Origin: Rhizophagus irregularis
Lineage: Eukaryota
Direction of reading: 5' to 3'
Length of the DNA stretch: 64,000 bases
Assembly (NCBI RefSeq): GCF_026210795.1
Contig: NC_089436.1
Span: 1,674,001-1,738,000 of the forward strand
In this document: in pieces, positions 53,078 through 64,000 of the stretch
How positions within the stretch are numbered: the first letter of the stretch is position 1
Layout of the letters: every line of letters begins with the position of its first letter
Translations under genes and position numbers: made by a program
Notes under the pieces: model-generated
The model's input: only the letters and a program-made list of their open reading frames with translations
Databases searched by the model: none
Told to the model about the DNA's origin: nothing

Positions 53078-53658
53078 ACCGTTCATATTAAAAAATAAAA
53101 TAAAACTTCAAAGAATTCGTACTTATGAATCTTTAGGGTTTCTGTACTTCAGAAACCCATCTGAGCCTTTTAAATGGGTATCTTGAATCTAAAAAAGAAA
53201 AAAATGAAAATGTTAGTGAAATGTTTCGTTAAAAAAAGTAAAAATTTGAAGGTATATGTATACCTTCAAAAGAGATAAGTGACGAAAGAAAAGGAAAAGG
53301 ATAAGGAAAGGAAAAGAAAAGGAAGGAAAAGAAGAATGAAGGAAGGAAAAGGGAAGAAGAGAAACTAGGACGAAGGAAAAGAGGAACGAAGGAAGGGAAC
53401 AGGCGGGAAGGGAAAGAAGAAAATTAAAAAAGTTTAAAAAAGAATCATCCTTTTTTAAACTTTTATTTTAATACGCATATTACATAATGCGTAACGTTTG
53501 ATTAACATAATTTAACTAGATTAAATATATGTCTAATCATAGATCTTTACTAATTGAAGTCAAATTTTATTAATTTTAGTCAAATATAAGCCAAATTGCA
53601 TTAAGGCCGAATATTTTTTTTGACTAGTGATTCTATAATCATTTTAACATGTCAGACC

Positions 53659-54042
53659 TAAAGATGTGATATGTAATTATTTTTAGAAGGTTGTAAGGTT
53701 GCAACTATTACAACATACATACAACACTTTTGTTGTAATTGCAACACAATATTATAATTATTATATAGTATTATAATACTATTAGTATTGTAATTATTAT
53801 ATAGTGTTGTAATTATTTTTAATTATACAAATATGTATTATAATATATTAATTATTTCTTTTTATGATGATATTTATTCTATAAAAACTTATTTTTGTAA
53901 TTTTTATTTTTCAAAAAGAAAATTTTTGAATAATCATAAGTGTTGTAATATTACAACACTTTAACTTTAAAAGTAGTAATAGATTGCAACCCTTACTATT
54001 ACAACATAAGGTAGTAATTATTAATTACATACTACATCTTTA
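53659..54042. mobile_element. hAT-type MITE, 384 bp (copy 2)
   Basis: Same family as 29021-29404; 8-bp TSD GTCAGACC. Confidence 0.95.
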
Positions 54043-54412
54043 GTCAGACCAGCCTGTACTTCCAACAATTATATAACCTTACTGATATAATACTCTAGAA
54101 ATAGCTATGTATGCTACAGTACCTAATCATCCATATAACTGATTTCTCTTCGCATCTGTCCAAGTAGTAGCAAAATAAATGTTATGTTTATTTTTTATAT
54201 AAAATCGATCACTCATATAATTAGATTCTATTGATATGTTTTACTATAAGGAATAATATCTAAAAATTTCTTATTGTCAGAAGTATCATCATTTCTCACC
54301 ACCTCTCAAACCTGTTTTGCTAAAGACTCAGGTCTTTTTTTGTAATTCCTATAAGCTCGCTAGATAACTACTGCATAGAAATTCTCAAACTGATAGTTAT
54401 ATTGTCTCACAA

Positions 54413-54980
54413 TAAGATGCTGCCCGAAACTATTTTTCAGTTTCCGAAACCGAAACCGAAACCGAAACTAAACCCGAAACTATTCCGAAACTCCCGAAAC
54501 TAGCCGAAACTCCTGAAATTAGCCCGAAACTCCCGAAACTAGCCCGAAACTCACTAATTTTGGCCAAAATTAAAATTTGGCCGAAATTATGACATTTTTA
54601 TCACGTGACGTTACACTAATTTCCTAAAAAGGAAATTATGTTTCCCAGTAAAATTGGAAAAATTAGTTACACAATGGTTACACAAAATTCCAAAAAAGGA
54701 AATTTTAACGTCGATCATTTTCTTGGCCAGAATTACGTCCTAAAAATGGCCAGGATTATATCAATAATTTCGGCCAAATTTTGAACTTTCAGTAATAATT
54801 TTGGCATTATAAATTTTGGATTAATTTTACCAGTTTCAGATTAGTTTTACTAGTTTCAGGTTAGTTATACCAGTTTCGGGTTAGTTTTACCAGTTTCAGA
54901 TTAGTTTTACCAGTTTTACCAGTTTTGAAAAATAAGAAAATTTCAGAAATAGTTTTACCAAGTTTCGGGCAGCATCTTTA
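54413..54980. mobile_element. hAT-type MITE with CCGAAA subterminal repeats
   Basis: TIR TAA(A)GATGCTGCCCGAAACT; TSD TCTCACAA; interrupts the homolog of 2978-3700. Confidence 0.92.
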
Positions 54981-57204
54981 TCTCACAATCAAGAATTCCC
55001 AAGATTACTTCATTATTCTTCCTGAAATACTTCACTAAAATAGGTATACAGTATATTAAAAGATCTAACCCAGAATAAGCAGATTATGCATATCCACGCA
55101 GTATGTATGAGCATTCACAATTTTACTAGACAGTTATGCATACAAATTACATACTGAATTTTAGTAGGGATAGTGCAAAAAAAATATTATATTGTATTAT
55201 TTTGCAAAGCGCCATAAAGACTTAGCTAATAATTATACATAAAATATATTACACTATTTTAATAAAAAATCTATGCTCCAGAAAATTCAGCATACATACT
55301 CATTATTATTATTATTCAGATCTGAGAAATCCATGATACTAAACTTTCCCTCAATAGTAAAATATCCAGATTTAAAATAATCATTTTTTAGCATATATTC
55401 TGAACTTCTAATAAAGTTTACATTACCATTGTTGAGGTATTTATTAATATGATAATATTCAGGTTTTGATAGCCACTTTAACATATCAGTCCATCCTAAA
55501 TATTTAACGATTCTATAGCCTTGCCAATGTAATTTTATAAAAGCAACTATATAAGATACAAGACATAATTAATTACTTAGCTATTCTCTTTTTTTTTCTA
55601 TCCAGCTTTATGAAGAATAATGATCATATAATATAGAAAGATTCTGATAATGTACAGGCATATCTTTAGCTTGAATTCTATCTCCATAATTAATTTCCAT
55701 CAAAAGATAACTGGGATCCTATATATAGTTTATATATCAATCATCAGGAACTCTTATTTTACAAGGAGTTATACCTAGAAACTTCTTCTTGTCAGGAGTA
55801 CCATCATTTCTCATCATATTCCAAACTCATTTCGCCCATATTTCAGGCCTTAACTTGAAAGTCCTCCAAGCCCGTTGGACAACTTTTTACATTATCGATT
55901 AAACGATTTACAATCTTTTTCCAACCTTTATGTGTTTAAGAATAAGTCATAATTATAATAGAAGAATAAACCTTTATAATGCTAAACATACTGCTTTAAT
56001 CGGAATATGTTAGATAAATCTCATCAATTTCATCGAACTGAGTAATGATATACTTTTTCCTTTTTTTATATTCTTTTGTACAGAATTAAAATGCATTTTA
56101 GCGGTTTTAGTAATACATTTTTTCAGATAATCATTGCTACAGTTGATGGTATTTTTACAAATGATTACTAAGGAGCCATATGCAGTACAATAAATATAAA
56201 ATAAACGCCTTTCAGCTTTGAATCCTCCATCTATATATACTCTTTCAATCATCTAAATAAACCCATTCATCGAAAGGTATTTTGGGTTATATTCAAGAAG
56301 TTTCTTAATTAAATGAATAATGAATATGAGAACACCACATTTCTGGTGTTTCATTACTATACCTATATTATAAATTGTTTAGCACCTGCACTACTTTTAT
56401 AACTGATAGTATTTTAGTGGATTATAATAATTTTAGTGTGTTATATCGATTCTTTATCAACCTATACTAAATAATATCATGATTCAAATTTATAGCAATT
56501 TTATTGATTTGTAGCCGATTTAGTGAGACTACATACTGTTAAACCCAAATTCATTTTTTATTTGATTGCAGATCTCTTGTGATTAATAAGTATTATGACG
56601 TATATCATATTACAAGTACTACAAGTACCACCCTAGCTCTCAGGCAGTTTCTGGTACTTCCTCACAATCTTTTCACAACTTGAATTACGAGATGATTGGC
56701 TAATCAGAAGACAGATTCATAATTTTTTGATTTGACTAAAATTTATATTACATAAGTTTCCTGTCAGTTTTTTAATAGTTCTAGGAAAGTTTCAGGTACT
56801 GGCGAGTTTCTATAAATCATGAGATGATCAGCCAATTAGATTTCAGATTTTTTCTTTAGCCAGATAGCCTTTGATTTAAGAAAATTATATTTTTTTTTTG
56901 ATGGTAAAGTATGAACACGATGTCTGGACTCAACTTAATTGCGCAGAAAAAAGAATTAATCACATAGTGTAGTAGTCAGCAGATTAGCCATGTTTTTTTA
57001 TTCGAAATCTTATTGGAAGTAGCAAATTCAGAAAAGTACATTATATTATATTTGGTAGTACACTAAAACGCACTTTAAAATAAAATCCGATATGGGAAAT
57101 ACTTTATTAATATATGTTTAAAAATGCACATATAAAAAAATACTATTTTTCTGATGGCAGAGTCTGGATACGATGTCTGAGCTCGTCAAAAGAAATGGCA
57201 CAGT

Positions 57205-58500
57205 AAACTATCGAAGTTTCTGTTTTAAGACTTCAGATATTACATAATCTTTTTTATTCTTAGTTAAATTTAAGATGAAACCTGGAGAGGTAGATTTTAT
57301 CTGTGCTATTTTTTCTTTGCCTATACTATTAAAAAGCTTATAAACCTTTTCAGATCTCTCCATCCTTTTTCGCAAAGTTTCATCAGAATATTTTGCTTCA
57401 GGAATTGCTTTTTTAATCTCACTTTTAACTAATGCTATGATTGAGTTTTAATTCCTTATATCAGCCGTTTAAATACAGCTTTCCCAAAATCAAAATAGCT
57501 GTAAATAAGACCTTGAGATGTATCTTCATTTTTAGATTCAGCGCTATCAATCTTATAGTATAGTTGCAAAAAATTGCTAGTTTTGTTTTCACTTGCTTCT
57601 TCTTTCAAGTTCTCTTCAACTACATCTGATATCACATCAGTTAATAATTTTTTGATAAGTTTTTTTAGCATGCTCGATACTTTCTTTTCACCAGTCTTTT
57701 TTACTTTCTTGTTAGAGAATTTTTTGGTAGATGATTCCCTAGTACGTTTTTTCTGTGAATCACTCAGATCTGATTCTAATAGAGTTGATATCTCTGATAT
57801 CGTTTCAGATAAAGGGCAGGTAGAACACATCTTGAGAAAATCCTTAATGCAATTGTAATGCACAACATGTTTACAGGGTAAAAAAATGGTTAATTTCATA
57901 AATTTTAGAAAGATTTCTTCAGAGCATTGTTCACATATAGGACATTAAATTTGACTGCTAGTATCCTTTAAAATCGAGTTATCTACATTTCCAAAATTGC
58001 CAGGTGTAGTACTAATAACCTCAATTGGGCTGGTTTTCTGGTCAGAAGTTTCTTTAGTGATCTCAGTCGTCTATAACGAACTTTACTCCTCTCCGCTAAA
58101 TAATTCAAGTTGTTTCATGAGTGCTACATCATCATTCACGGGAGTCTGATTTCCTAAATCTACAGGCTTGGTAGTGATATTCTCATTAGCAGTTGAAGAT
58201 TTGTCTTGCGATCCCTTAAGGAGTTCTGGAGAAAAAAAAGTTTTAATAATTTTGTTATATTTCTTATTCAGACAAATCGCCTTTCCATTCACTAAATGCT
58301 TTTCAAGACACTACTGATGATAGATGTGTCCACACGAAGCCAAAGTAAATTCTTTAAATGGTAGGAATTCCTAGGGTAAATAAAAATTTTTTTCACATAA
58401 TGAACATGAATCTACTTTTGGAAAAATAGTATTATCAGGAAGAATGTTTATCCTTTTGAGAATATTAATTGCAAAAGTTTCGATATGATTTATATGCATA
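57205..58500 (-). pseudogene. Decayed RING-finger protein, paralog of 5333-7000
   Basis: ASCGHIYH, LPCKHVVHYNC..CSTCP, LKKLIKKL, YFDFGK. Confidence 0.75.
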
Positions 58501-58764
58501 CTGCCTTATGTTTATAGCTGAACAGTTTTGAGTAAAAAAATATACTGACCTATTTTTTATAGTATAGATATATCCAGGAGAAAACAATACCTGGATTTTC
58601 ACCAGCAATTACGCACTGCATTTTGTTATGATGATAATTCCTCTGCAAATCAACGAAAGATTAGCATATATACTTCCAAACCCCATATGCGAAATAAGGA
58701 TTATCAGAAAAAATATCTATACCCGATTATTGTTTTATTAATATGATTATGTTTTTCGCGATAC

Positions 58765-58945
58765 TTAGCCAAAGGTGTTTACGCATGACGCATGTAATAA
58801 GTTTTTTATTACTACGTTTTTCAACTGCTTCTCTTCCAATTTTATGACTCTTTTTATAAGCTCGGTTTTATCAAACTTGAACCCAGTTATTTTTGCCATA
58901 AATCTGGCATTTTTTTCTTTAAGTAAGGCAAGTTCAGATTTCATA
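58765..58945 (-). pseudogene. Coiled-coil gene remnant, paralog of 492-692
   Basis: KLEEKQLKNVVIKNLL versus KLEDKQLQNEIVKNLL. Confidence 0.6.
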
Positions 58946-59505
58946 ACACCTTTTATACAAGCAGAAAAAAATAATGAGATATATATATGCACCTTACATG
59001 TTACACAGTCAGCAAGAATTTTACCAGCATTTTCAGATGATCAATCTCACACAACTGGGTCCATGATAAAATCCATCTCATATCTCATTATTCTCATTTG
59101 AAGCTTTTAACAACTCTTCAAACTATGGTATATAAGAATTTTTCATAACATTTAGGTTTAAAAAGAATAAAGTATATTAAATTTATAAAAAGCTAAATAC
59201 AATTTTACGATTACACTATCATTGCATGATTTAAAAAAATACCATTTGAATTTAAAAGTACACATCACTCAAATATTTTATTATTAAAAGATTAGCAGTT
59301 TGGAATAAAAATGATAAGTAATATCTGTTTCAAAAATATTGTACATATTTCTTTGATTACTAGTAAATTATAAAGTTCAATTGTTCAGAAGCTTTAGTTC
59401 TCAAAGTTAAGCTGAATTGACGCTTCTAATATAATCATTTATCAAAGCATGTAAGAATGTATATTAGCTATCATTGATAAATTAACAAACAACAATAATT
59501 TTCAT

Positions 59506-60934
59506 TTAACTATATTCATTTATAAACTGGGTGAGACTAACTTCATCTGTACCATCCAAAAATTTTAATGGACTTTTAGGCTTATAAACATATGCAAGTT
59601 GATCGGTAATATTGTTGCCGATCAGTATATCTTCTACTTGATCGCCAGAATCTGCTTCCCAAACTGCAATCTTCGTCTGAACCCATTTTGACCAATTATG
59701 ATCATCGCCAATCCAGATTTCAAACATTTTATATGAATGGTATTTCAATGCGCCTTCCCCATAACCTGAGCTTGCTATAGCATCTTCATCCATTCATTTT
59801 TTATGTTCCTAAATGTTCTTTTAACATGATATGGAAAGATCATTGAAGGCGCACCAGTATCTATTACACATTGATATCTTTTATTGTTGTTATCAATATC
59901 ATAAAAGTCATAATCAATTTGAGCAAACAGTCCAGGTTCTCCAGGTCTTTTGACACAAGCTTTGACCTTTATTTGAAAAAAATTAAACTACTTTGAGAAC
60001 ATATAAATTCTTATGTACTAAGACTTATAAAAGTTTTAAAAACTAATTCTTTAATTTACAATCAAGTACATATTCAAACTTTATAGTCATTCCCATTATT
60101 ATTAATTCGCTTATTAGTAGTTACCATTCTTCTTCTTTCACTACGTGGGAGATTTTCCTGATTAACCGGAAGTTGTACGACACCAGGCATCTTTTCGAAA
60201 ATTTGCATAAATTCATAATCACTATACTTTTCCCCATATTCTATTATTTTCTGGTTGTATACCGTCACCCAATCATTTTCGTGTCCTAAAAATCCCCCTT
60301 TATCAAGTACGTTGTAAAAAAATATGGTGTTGCACCCAATTTGAACATCATCAATATTAGACTGGTAATCAGTGATCTTGAAGAAACAATGTCTTCTCAT
60401 ATGTTCTGGCATTGAAGAGGGCCAGATGAAGTTATTGTCCGTATGAGCTATAAATAGATCAAGAAAATAAACATCAAAACACTATATGTATTGCCACATT
60501 GCCACAATGCTATTCAAAATATAAAAGCCTTATTACCAAGAAACGTTTTCACTTGACCAGGTTTTTTCTCATACTTTAAGAGAGTTTGAGACGTTTCAGG
60601 TAGATTTTGAACTGGCTGAAGAGATACCATTATTCGAGATAAAATAAAAAATCTAAAGAGATGTTAATTGATAGTATAAATGCTTTTGACAGTACGTGTT
60701 TACATATTTATTTGGAAAAGATTTATACCCAGCAAACGAGAGGACTGCAAAAGGGAGCCAAATGGAAGTGAACATAATAATTGAGCAATTTATAAAAAGA
60801 AAAACAAAGAATACAGAAGGAAGTAATAGAATAAACAAGAAAACAATTAAGAGATAAATGACTATTAAAGGATTCTTGTCTTTATTAATCTCATTTTTAA
60901 AGTTTTTAGTCATAGGATCAATGGAAATATGCAT
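59506..60934 (-). pseudogene. Retropepsin-like aspartic protease gene, spliced, with disruptions
   Basis: QCVIDTGAPSM at ~59843-59875, then GYG and ILIGNN. Upstream exons at 60074-60447 and 60653-60934. Confidence 0.6.
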
Positions 60935-61667
60935 GACGAATTTGGTATAAAAGAAACTGTAGAAAAAGTATGCTGTATGACACTTATATGTACTACAGGC
61001 GAAAAATCAATTAGCAACTATTTATATAAAATCTATTGTTGCATAGATTAATAATGAAAAATGTAATGATTAGCAAAATCTACTCATTGAGCATAAAAAT
61101 GGCCTGAAAAAGTATCCTTGATTTTTAAGAAATTTGACGCTTATTTTTTTATCACCAAAATGATATTGCGCCAAACATTAAGATGCTTATAAAGATAAAT
61201 TAATTTTTATTTGTGAGTTATTTCCAATGATTTCATGATATTTTGATGATGATTTAATAAAGCGGTAAGATTTATATTTTATTAATTTTGCTTGATTTTT
61301 GCTTTATTTGTACAGTATAAGGCAGATAAAAAAGAACTACTAACCAGTACCTCACTCTATTTTATAGGATTTGTAGTGAGACCAAGAACTGAATTTAAAA
61401 TGCATTTTTAAAGAAAACTACGCCATCACAAAGATTGATTAACATGCACTCCTTAAAATTACAATAGATATTATTTTTATGTAAAGATACTAATATATAT
61501 TAGAACCTTCAGGAAATACACCAGGTGATCGCTAAAAATTATATATTAAAAAATGCAATTAAAAATTTTATATAAATTTTATTATATTACTAAAAAAATA
61601 TATTTGGTTAATTTTTAATATAATAAAAACTGATTAGATTTTTATTATAGAAATATTTATAAATATA

Positions 61668-61843
61668 CAGTCATCCTCCCACCCTGTATAATCACAACTC
61701 CCTTATAAGGACATTTACATTAATCCTAAGTTACTAATAAACTTATTAAAAAAACCTTCTCTTTAATCACATCATATATAATTTTTATAGTCACACCATT
61801 TTTTTATGGTCTCAAAGGGTGTGATTATATAGGAGGATAACTG
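61668..61843. mobile_element. Tc1/pogo-type MITE
   Basis: CAGT(C/T)ATCCTCC termini with TA TSD. Confidence 0.8.
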
Positions 61844-62636
61844 TAATGGAAAAAATCTAATATAACTTAAAAAATTTTGCTATATTATAGTATAGACGAT
61901 TTTTATTTGTATACCATGTGTTTGAACACTATTTCCAAAAAAGCAAATTTTTATGCTGATCATTTAATGCGAAAAAAAGCAAATATATAAACACAGTTAG
62001 GCCACGTGATTATAATAAAAGTCATATGATAACAAAAGTTCATGTTTAAACTAATGAATTTATTTTTAATAAAGTTCTACTAACAACACATTAATAAAAT
62101 CAATTGTACTACATGTGACATATAAGTTTGTTCTCTACAAATTCTAAAGCTTGTAATAACCCAAAAACCAACTTAACAACTTACCAATTCTAACTAACAT
62201 TTTTTATAACCAACAATCCTAATATCATTTTAATAATCCTAATAACTTAACAGCTAACAATTTTAGTGATTTTCACTAATGCTCCTTCCTAACAATTAAT
62301 AATCCTAATTTCTAATACCCCTAACACTCCTAATGCTCCTAATGCTTCTACTAAGTCCTAACGTTCCTAATGCTAATATTATAATAATCTAATAACTCTA
62401 ACAATCTTAATGAAAAATAATGAAATTAGCAAACATTATCAAATTTTAATAACTTAAACTCAAAATTTCAATGAATTACGAATCTTGATGAAATTCTAGC
62501 CCAAGATGATTATATCAAGATTTGGCAAGTTTTAGTATAATGTCTGTATTATTTGCATTTTCTGCACTTACATCCTTTATTATTTTCATTGTTGTAGATA
62601 TTGATTTGCTGTATGTTATTTCTTGATACATATTTT

Positions 62637-63314
62637 TAGTGCTCTGAAAAAAATCTAATCTGTCAGATTCAGATCAGATCAGATAAATTTAATCTGCAGT
62701 TTAGATTCAGATCAAAAAAAATTTGATTTGAGCAAATCAGATTAGCTTTAGATCAAATCAAATCAAATCAAATCAGATTCAGATTAGGCTTTATTTAAAA
62801 TCTAAATCTGATTAAATTGGATCCGATAGATTTGATTCAGATCTCAAATTTGATTTTATTAATAATTTTAGCTGAATTCATAATGCCAGCTGGAATTAAT
62901 TCATAATTTTAAACTCCAGCCAAAACGGATATGTCAATCATTTCTTTTTTGGTGATAGCCATTCCACAAAAATTGACCTAAATTTCTTTTTTAAGAAATT
63001 CCATAATTCCTGCCAGAGTTAAGTGCATAATTCTGGCTGAATTACATATTTACAAATTATAGCTTTAGAATTTATAACATTTATTTAGATTCAAATCAGA
63101 TTCAAATCAGATCAAATTAGATTCAGATTAGATCAAATTTAATCAGTTTCGAATCAGATCAGATCAGATTTGAATCTTATTAAATCTGATCTGATTTAGA
63201 TTAAATTTAAACCGATCTGATTCAGATCAAATTAAATCAAATTAGATTTAATTAATTTCAGATTAGATTGAATTTAAGTAAAATCTGATCTGATCTGATT
63301 TGTTAAGAATACTA
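62637..63314. mobile_element. hAT-type non-autonomous element with (AGATC/AAATC)n subterminal repeats
   Basis: TAGT..ACTA termini; TSD CATATTTT/CATGTTTT. Confidence 0.8.
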
Positions 63315-63577
63315 CATGTTTTCCTTTAGAAGAGAATTGTTTAACATTTAATTGCAATCTTTTTGGTGAACGCTCTTTATACTTATTAGTAATGTTAGAA
63401 TTATTAGCATCAAGAATATAATCTATTTGCTTTTTGCAAAATTATTTTGTATATCACAAAAAAATATTTTTAACATATTAGATAGATCTTGGTACTATAG
63501 ACGAATCTAATGATATGTGTTTTATTTCTATAGGATAGAGTAAAATTACTATAAAAATTTATTGAATTTTGGTGTCG

Positions 63578-63812
63578 GAGCATGATCTAGTGATTAGATT
63601 TGAATGAATTTACCACCATTTGATTCATCATGATGAGATGATTCTAATGGCGGTAAGATCATCTTTCTAGCATTGAAATTGGCAGAGCTATTATGCTATA
63701 AATATTTAAAAGTTATTGGTATCAGAGCGCGATCTAGTAATTGGATTTAAATGGTCTTACTACCATTAGAATCGTCTTATCGAGACGAATCAAATGGTAG
63801 TAAGATCATCCA
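63578..63812. repeat. Two ~85-bp direct repeats, each with an internal imperfect palindrome
   Basis: TTAC.ACCATT.GA.TC.TC...GAGA.GA.TC.AATGG.GGTAA occurs twice. Confidence 0.7.
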
Positions 63813-64000
63813 AAACGGATCATTGGGTGCCGAGTTATTATTTGTTAAAGTTTTTATATATAAATCGGCCAAAATTAAGGCTAATTCTGGCCAAATATTT
63901 TCGTAATACGAAATTAATTATGGAGTTTAAAATTAATTATAGGATACGGAGTTTTTCTAATGAATTACTTAATAATTACAGAATTACGTAATTACGTATT

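Noticed and set aside
62150..62420. CTAAT/CTAAC-rich tract as a coding or telomeric repeat
   Set aside because: Degenerate low-complexity sequence with no sustained ORF or fixed period.

Overview
AT-rich eukaryotic DNA, most likely from an arbuscular mycorrhizal fungus (Glomeromycota). That is an inference from short GT-AG introns and from SAM/Crinkler/REase, F-box-LRR and Plavaka families. The window is almost entirely mobile DNA, in three parts. (1) 1-~23.4 kb is a gene-dense, visibly more GC/CpG-rich block transcribed almost entirely on the minus strand. It encodes an AEP primase-Zn finger-SF3 (D5-like) helicase and a tyrosine recombinase with a topoisomerase-IB/protelomerase-like KDLR motif, plus a non-catalytic paralog of that recombinase. 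It also holds two paralogous iteron-type origin candidates, a shared upstream motif, and cargo (RING, F-box-LRR, SAM-REase, Crinkler N-terminus). (2) ~23.7-50.5 kb is a nest of cut-and-paste transposons: a hAT region contains a P-like element (holding a Plavaka/CMC element) and a pogo (holding a RAG1/Transib-like element), with many MITEs that have clean TIRs/TSDs. (3) 50.5-59 kb is a decayed, collinear second copy of the block in (1) and additionally shows an A32/FtsK-type packaging ATPase. Parts (1) and (3) together suggest an endogenous Polinton-like-virus-type element (primase-helicase, tyrosine recombinase, packaging ATPase) carrying effector-like cargo. No capsid gene is visible in the window, so the viral nature is inferred, not shown. 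All family calls come from motif recognition by eye, and exon boundaries are approximate.
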